32,000 nt of DNA, taken from NCBI RefSeq assembly GCF_000010625.1, contig NC_010296.1, positions 2,820,001-2,852,000 on the forward strand, in the 5' to 3' direction. How positions within the stretch are numbered: position 1 is the first letter of the stretch; every line of letters starts with the position of its first letter. Below are positions 28,431-32,000 of this stretch, piece after piece. The notes below the pieces were generated by a model. The model was not told the origin of the DNA. It made no database searches and was given only the letters and a program-made list of their open reading frames with translations. A program made the translations under genes and the position numbers. Origin of the DNA: Microcystis aeruginosa NIES-843. GTDB lineage: Bacteria; Cyanobacteriota; Cyanobacteriia; Cyanobacteriales; Microcystaceae.

Positions 28431-28512
28431 TGGTTTGGGGGGTAGAACCCCCCAAAAACTTGGCTTGAATGATAAAATCAGAAATAACGCCCAACTCTTA
28501 ACGCCAAATAGA

Positions 28513-30240
28513 CTAATCTTGAAATTGTCTAGCATGAAATTGAGCGTAACGACCATTAAGATTTAATAACTCCTCGTGATTACCCACCTCAATAATTTCA
28601 CCCTTTTCTAAGACTAAAATACGGTTAGCTTTTCTGACAGTTGCTAATCGGTGAGCAATAACAAATACTGTGCGCTCCGTCATAATTCTTTCTAAAGCTT
28701 CCTGCACTAAAGCTTCCGATTCCGAATCGAGCGCGGAAGTCGCTTCATCTAAGATTAAAATTCTCGGATTAGATAAAACCGCTCGTGCGATGGCGATTCT
28801 TTGTCTTTGTCCACCCGATAAATTAACACCCCTTTCTCCCACATAGGTATAGTAACCCTGAGAAAGTTCACTGATAAATTGATGAGCATTAGCAATTTTT
28901 GCCGCTTTTTCCACCTCTTGCAGATTAAAATCTCCCTGGCCAAAAGCGATATTTTGGGCTATAGTGCCAGAAAAGAGAATATTTTCCTGCAAAACTACGC
29001 CAATTTGTCGCCGGAGACTTTTTAAAGTCACATCACGAATATCCACCCCATCGATTAAAATCTTGCCGGCAGTGGGGTCATAAAAACGCAATAAAAGATT
29101 AACTAAAGTGGTTTTTCCCGCTCCCGATGCTCCCACTAAAGCAATCGTTTCGCCAGCGTGTGCAGTAAAATTAATATTTTTTAAAACCTGTCTGTCCTCA
29201 TTGTAAGAAAAATTTACTTGACAATATTCAACTTCTTTGCTGTGGGGTTGCAGATTGATCGCATTCGGTTTTTCGGTAATTGTCGGCAGAATAGCTAACA
29301 ATTCAAAAATCCGATCCATGGAGGCTTGACCCTGTTTAAATTGATTATAATTACTGGTAATATGGGCGATGGGATCGATTAACATTGCCACCGCTGCCAC
29401 ATAACTAACAAAGTCAATTCCAGTTAAATTCTTTTGGGAAATTTGCCAACCAGCGAGAAAGAATAAAAAGATGACACCGAGAGCTTGTAAGAATCCCACC
29501 ACGACGTATTGTAAAGCTTTGGTGGATTCTGATAGGTATTGAGCGCGGCGATTTTCCTCCGCTTCTTGGGCAAAAAGCTCGGTTTGATAATCTTCAGCAG
29601 CGAAAGCTTGCACCACACGAATACCGCTAAAAACTTCGGTTAATAACGCAGAAAGATTAGATATTTTTGCTTGGGCGCGACGAGCATATTGTAATAATTT
29701 TTCACCAAAAAATCCCACCAAAACTCCCAACAAAGGAGCGATAATAATGACAGCGATCGTCAATTGCCAGTTAACAATAAACATATAGGCAAAGACGACA
29801 ATTAACTGTAAGGCTGAGGGGATAAAATCATGGAAAAATTTGTTAATTACTTCCCCAATGCGATCAATATCTTCCGTTAAACGATAGGATAAATCACCAG
29901 TTTTGGCAGTTTCAAAGTAATTTAAACCGAGGGTTTGCAGGTGTGCATAAACTTTTTTTCTTAATTCGAGAGCAATTTTTAAAGAAGCTTTTGCCATCAG
30001 GGAATCTTGCCCATACTGAGACATTCCCCGCAGTAAAAAAACCACTGCCCCCACCCCCGAAAGTGTCGCCAATGCTTGCACATTTCCCTCACCGATATAT
30101 CTGGCCATTTGTCCGGCTAACCAAGCTAAAATCGGCCAAAATACCGTAAATCCGATCGTACAGATGAACGCCAAAATAATTGTTTGGGTTTGGGGACGGA
30201 GATAGGGAATGAGGTTCCAATAACTAGAGCGAGATTTCAA
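28513..30240 (-). CDS. ABC exporter, fused permease/ATPase (MsbA-like)
   Basis: 575 aa with a six-TM N-terminal domain. Walker A is GASGAGKTT, the signature is LSGGQRQR and Walker B is ILILDEATSALD. TTG start. Confidence 0.9.
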   Translation of the reverse strand: MKSRSSYWNLIPYLRPQTQTIILAFICTIGFTVFWPILAWLAGQMARYIGEGNVQALATLSGVGAVVFLLRGMSQYGQDSLMAKASLKIALELRKKVYAHLQTLGLNYFETAKTGDLSYRLTEDIDRIGEVINKFFHDFIPSALQLIVVFAYMFIVNWQLTIAVIIIAPLLGVLVGFFGEKLLQYARRAQAKISNLSALLTEVFSGIRVVQAFAAEDYQTELFAQEAEENRRAQYLSESTKALQYVVVGFLQALGVIFLFFLAGWQISQKNLTGIDFVSYVAAVAMLIDPIAHITSNYNQFKQGQASMDRIFELLAILPTITEKPNAINLQPHSKEVEYCQVNFSYNEDRQVLKNINFTAHAGETIALVGASGAGKTTLVNLLLRFYDPTAGKILIDGVDIRDVTLKSLRRQIGVVLQENILFSGTIAQNIAFGQGDFNLQEVEKAAKIANAHQFISELSQGYYTYVGERGVNLSGGQRQRIAIARAVLSNPRILILDEATSALDSESEALVQEALERIMTERTVFVIAHRLATVRKANRILVLEKGEIIEVGNHEELLNLNGRYAQFHARQFQD

Positions 30241-30297
30241 AATAATTTAGCGCCTTTAAATATAAGTATTCCTGCAAAATTAATTTGCTAGTCGAGA

Positions 30298-30514
30298 CAG
30301 TTATCAGTTATCAGTTATCAGTTATCAGTGGGTAAGTTATCAGTTATCAGTTATCAGTTATCAGTTATCAGTTATCAGATTTAAGTTTTAAGTGAGCAGT
30401 ATTAAATAGAAGTTTCCTACTGTCTTTTCACTGTTTACTGTTTACTGTTTACTGTTTACTGTTTACTGTTTACTGTTTACTGTTTACTGATCACTGATCA
30501 CTGATTACTGTTTA
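30298..30514. repeat. Heptamer arrays: (CAGTTAT)n at 30298-30378 and a 12-unit array at 30431-30514 (CTGTTTA x8, then CTGATCA x2, CTGATTA, CTGTTTA)
   Basis: Read directly and counted by hand. The arrays lie upstream of the ABC exporter start. Confidence 0.92.
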
Positions 30515-30539
30515 GACACTCTTTCACTTTGGCCAGAGG

Positions 30540-30727
30540 GGTTCTTCGGTTTGTGTTATGCAATGGACGGGAGTTATAAGGAGTGAAACCCTTATATAGA
30601 AAGACATTGCTTCGATTTTTGCCAATTGTTTTCAATCTAGAACGAGCTAATCAATTAAGTCTTTTGCCAGATAAGGATTTAGCCGATTTCTGCCCCCTGA
30701 TCGAACCATACCAAGTAACGAAGAACC
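30540..30727. mobile_element. Candidate 188-bp MITE
   Basis: The ends are GGTTCTTCG...CGAAGAACC, which extend to about 16 of 22 matches. An 8-bp direct duplication GCCAGAGG flanks the element at 30532-30539 and 30728-30735. Confidence 0.55.
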
Positions 30728-30882
30728 GCCAGAGGTTTACTCAGAGGTATAATTAACTTTGCTTAGGTACTGAAGAAAAGGAGATTGACTAACAAATTTG
30801 CTTAAGGGGTTAATCAGGATGTAGAGACGTTTGTAGTCCACGTCCCTACGATGTTTTCCAACAATACAAAGTTATGCTGCGA

Positions 30883-31437
30883 TTAAACCGCCACAGCTTG
30901 ATGAATGTAGCCTAATTCCGTCAATTTGTTCCAGACTTTGGCGACACTTTCCTCTAAAGTCTCTAAATCGGTGCGGCATTCCACTTCCGGGTTAAAAGGT
31001 GGTTCATAGGGATCATCAATTCCCGTAAAAGACTTGATTTCGCCAGCACGCGCTCTTTTATATAATCCTTTCACATCGCGATCCTCACAGACGCTTAAGG
31101 GAGCATTCACGAAAACTTCGACAAAATTGCCGATTTTTCCCCGTACTTCCTCGCGAATCTCACGATAGGGAGAAATAGCCGAAACTAGGACAATTACACC
31201 GTGACGGGTGAGCAAATTAGACACAAAACCAATGCGACGGATATTTTCATCGCGATCCTCTTTACTAAATCCTAAACCTTTGGTGAGGTTCGTCCGTACT
31301 ATATCGCCATCGAGAACTTCAATGGAATAACCTTCAGCGATTAATTTTGCCTGTAATGCCTCGGTAATCGTGCTTTTCCCCGCACCGCTCAATCCCGTTA
31401 ACCAAACCGTCACGCCGCGCTGTTTCATAGCAACCAT
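30883..31437 (-). CDS. cysC: Adenylylsulfate (APS) kinase
   Basis: 184 aa with the P-loop [14 protein letters not shown] and the motif LDGD..R. The length fits CysC. Confidence 0.92.
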   Translation of the reverse strand: MVAMKQRGVTVWLTGLSGAGKSTITEALQAKLIAEGYSIEVLDGDIVRTNLTKGLGFSKEDRDENIRRIGFVSNLLTRHGVIVLVSAISPYREIREEVRGKIGNFVEVFVNAPLSVCEDRDVKGLYKRARAGEIKSFTGIDDPYEPPFNPEVECRTDLETLEESVAKVWNKLTELGYIHQAVAV

Positions 31438-31488
31438 TAATAATACTTAAATCCTGTTTAGCGTACCATATCTCAGGGATCAGTGATC

Positions 31489-31728
31489 AGGAGATAGGAG
31501 ATAGGAGTCAGGAGATAGGAGTCAGGAGCCGGTCGTCAGGAGATAGGAGATAGGAGATTATTTTATTTATTCTCCCCACACCCCACCTCCCCATTCCCCC
31601 TCCCCACACCCCACCTCCCCACTTCCCACTTCCCCACTTCCCCACACCCCACTTCCCACTTCCCACTTCCCCACTTCCCACTTCCCCACTTCCCCACTTC
31701 CCACTTCCCCACTTCCCCACTTCCCCAA
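31489..31728. repeat. STRR block: (GGAGATA/GGAGTCA)n at 31489-31558 and a roughly 155-nt C-rich array (CCCCACTT/CCCACTT)n at 31573-31728
   Basis: Read directly from the sequence. On the minus strand (sense for cysC) it is a long run of GGGGAAGT/GGGAAGT units. Confidence 0.9.
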
Positions 31729-31800
31729 CCTGATTGAAACAAACAACCTGTCACCACGATCACTGATAATGTATGTTGAGTTACTGTCTTGAATAAGGTA

Positions 31801-32000
31801 ATGTTTAAGAAATTCCCCCCTCACACCCCGCTCATTCTTGGACTAGGTTCTGGGGTTGCGCTTTTTACTCTCACCAGTCTCTTTCTCTTTCACCCGAAAA
31901 TTCTCGCTTGGCTCGATCGCAATAGTGCGTCGCTTCCTAGCCAAGATCCTAACCAACCCTCTGCCGTGGTTGATAGCGCTTCTTTACCACAAACCGAGCG
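31801..32000 (+). CDS. 5' part of an ORF running off the window (hypothetical membrane or secreted protein)
   Basis: The ATG at 31801 opens a frame to the window end: MFKKFPPHTPLILGLGSGVALFTLTSLFLFHPKILAWLDRNSASLPSQDPNQPSAVVDSASLPQTE. It has a hydrophobic N-terminal helix. I recognise no family. Confidence 0.4.
   Translation, partial: MFKKFPPHTPLILGLGSGVALFTLTSLFLFHPKILAWLDRNSASLPSQDPNQPSAVVDSASLPQTE

Noticed and set aside
30680-30727. GGTTCGATCA on the minus strand, resembling a tRNA T-arm
   Set aside because: No matching T-stem, acceptor stem or anticodon arm can be drawn. It lies inside the candidate MITE.
31733-31740. ATTGAAAC, the CRISPR repeat 3' tag, occurring 22 kb from the array
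   Set aside because: It is an isolated 8-mer with no flanking repeat similarity, as expected by chance.
31508-31824. Three overlapping minus-strand ORFs rich in GKWGSGEVGSG
   Set aside because: These are translations of the (GGGGAAGT)n heptamer/octamer array in three frames, not genes.

Overview
This looks like a cyanobacterial chromosomal window. It has HIP1 GCGATCGC sites, heptamer STRR-type tracts and Microcystis-like dispersed repeats; the taxon is inferred, not proven.

Positions 1-9166 are one very large CRISPR array. It has 102 copies of the 37-nt repeat GTTCCAATTAATCTTAAACCCTATTAGGGATTGAAAC and 101 complete spacers, and it runs off the left edge. I infer + orientation from the ATTGAAAC 3' tag and the degenerate last repeat. 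No cas gene lies in the 23 kb to the right.

Two of the 102 repeats are interrupted at almost the same nucleotide, in the palindromic centre of the repeat. One holds a 179-bp MITE and the other a 1.6-kb ISAzo13-like IS. Both elements end in GGGACTT. The spacer content also records tandem unit duplications and repeated acquisition of the same protospacer in variant form.

The rest of the window is mostly housekeeping genes:
- lapA-like, gpsA and a Nudix hydrolase
- a DevB/DevC-like adaptor and permease pair
- a TPR protein, a GT2 glycosyltransferase, an FAD oxidoreductase and an SLH lipoprotein
- a Cu P-type ATPase, hemE, an SDR epimerase, an MsbA-like ABC exporter and cysC

Nearly every intergenic region carries MITEs or heptamer arrays. 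A small accessory islet at 16.2-19.3 kb holds an IS5-superfamily element that carries a nested MITE and sits inside an ORF. The same islet has a vapBC module, an orphan RHH-like ORF and a solo IS end.

I found no clear new protein-coding system. The most unusual signal is mobile elements landing in the CRISPR repeat centre.
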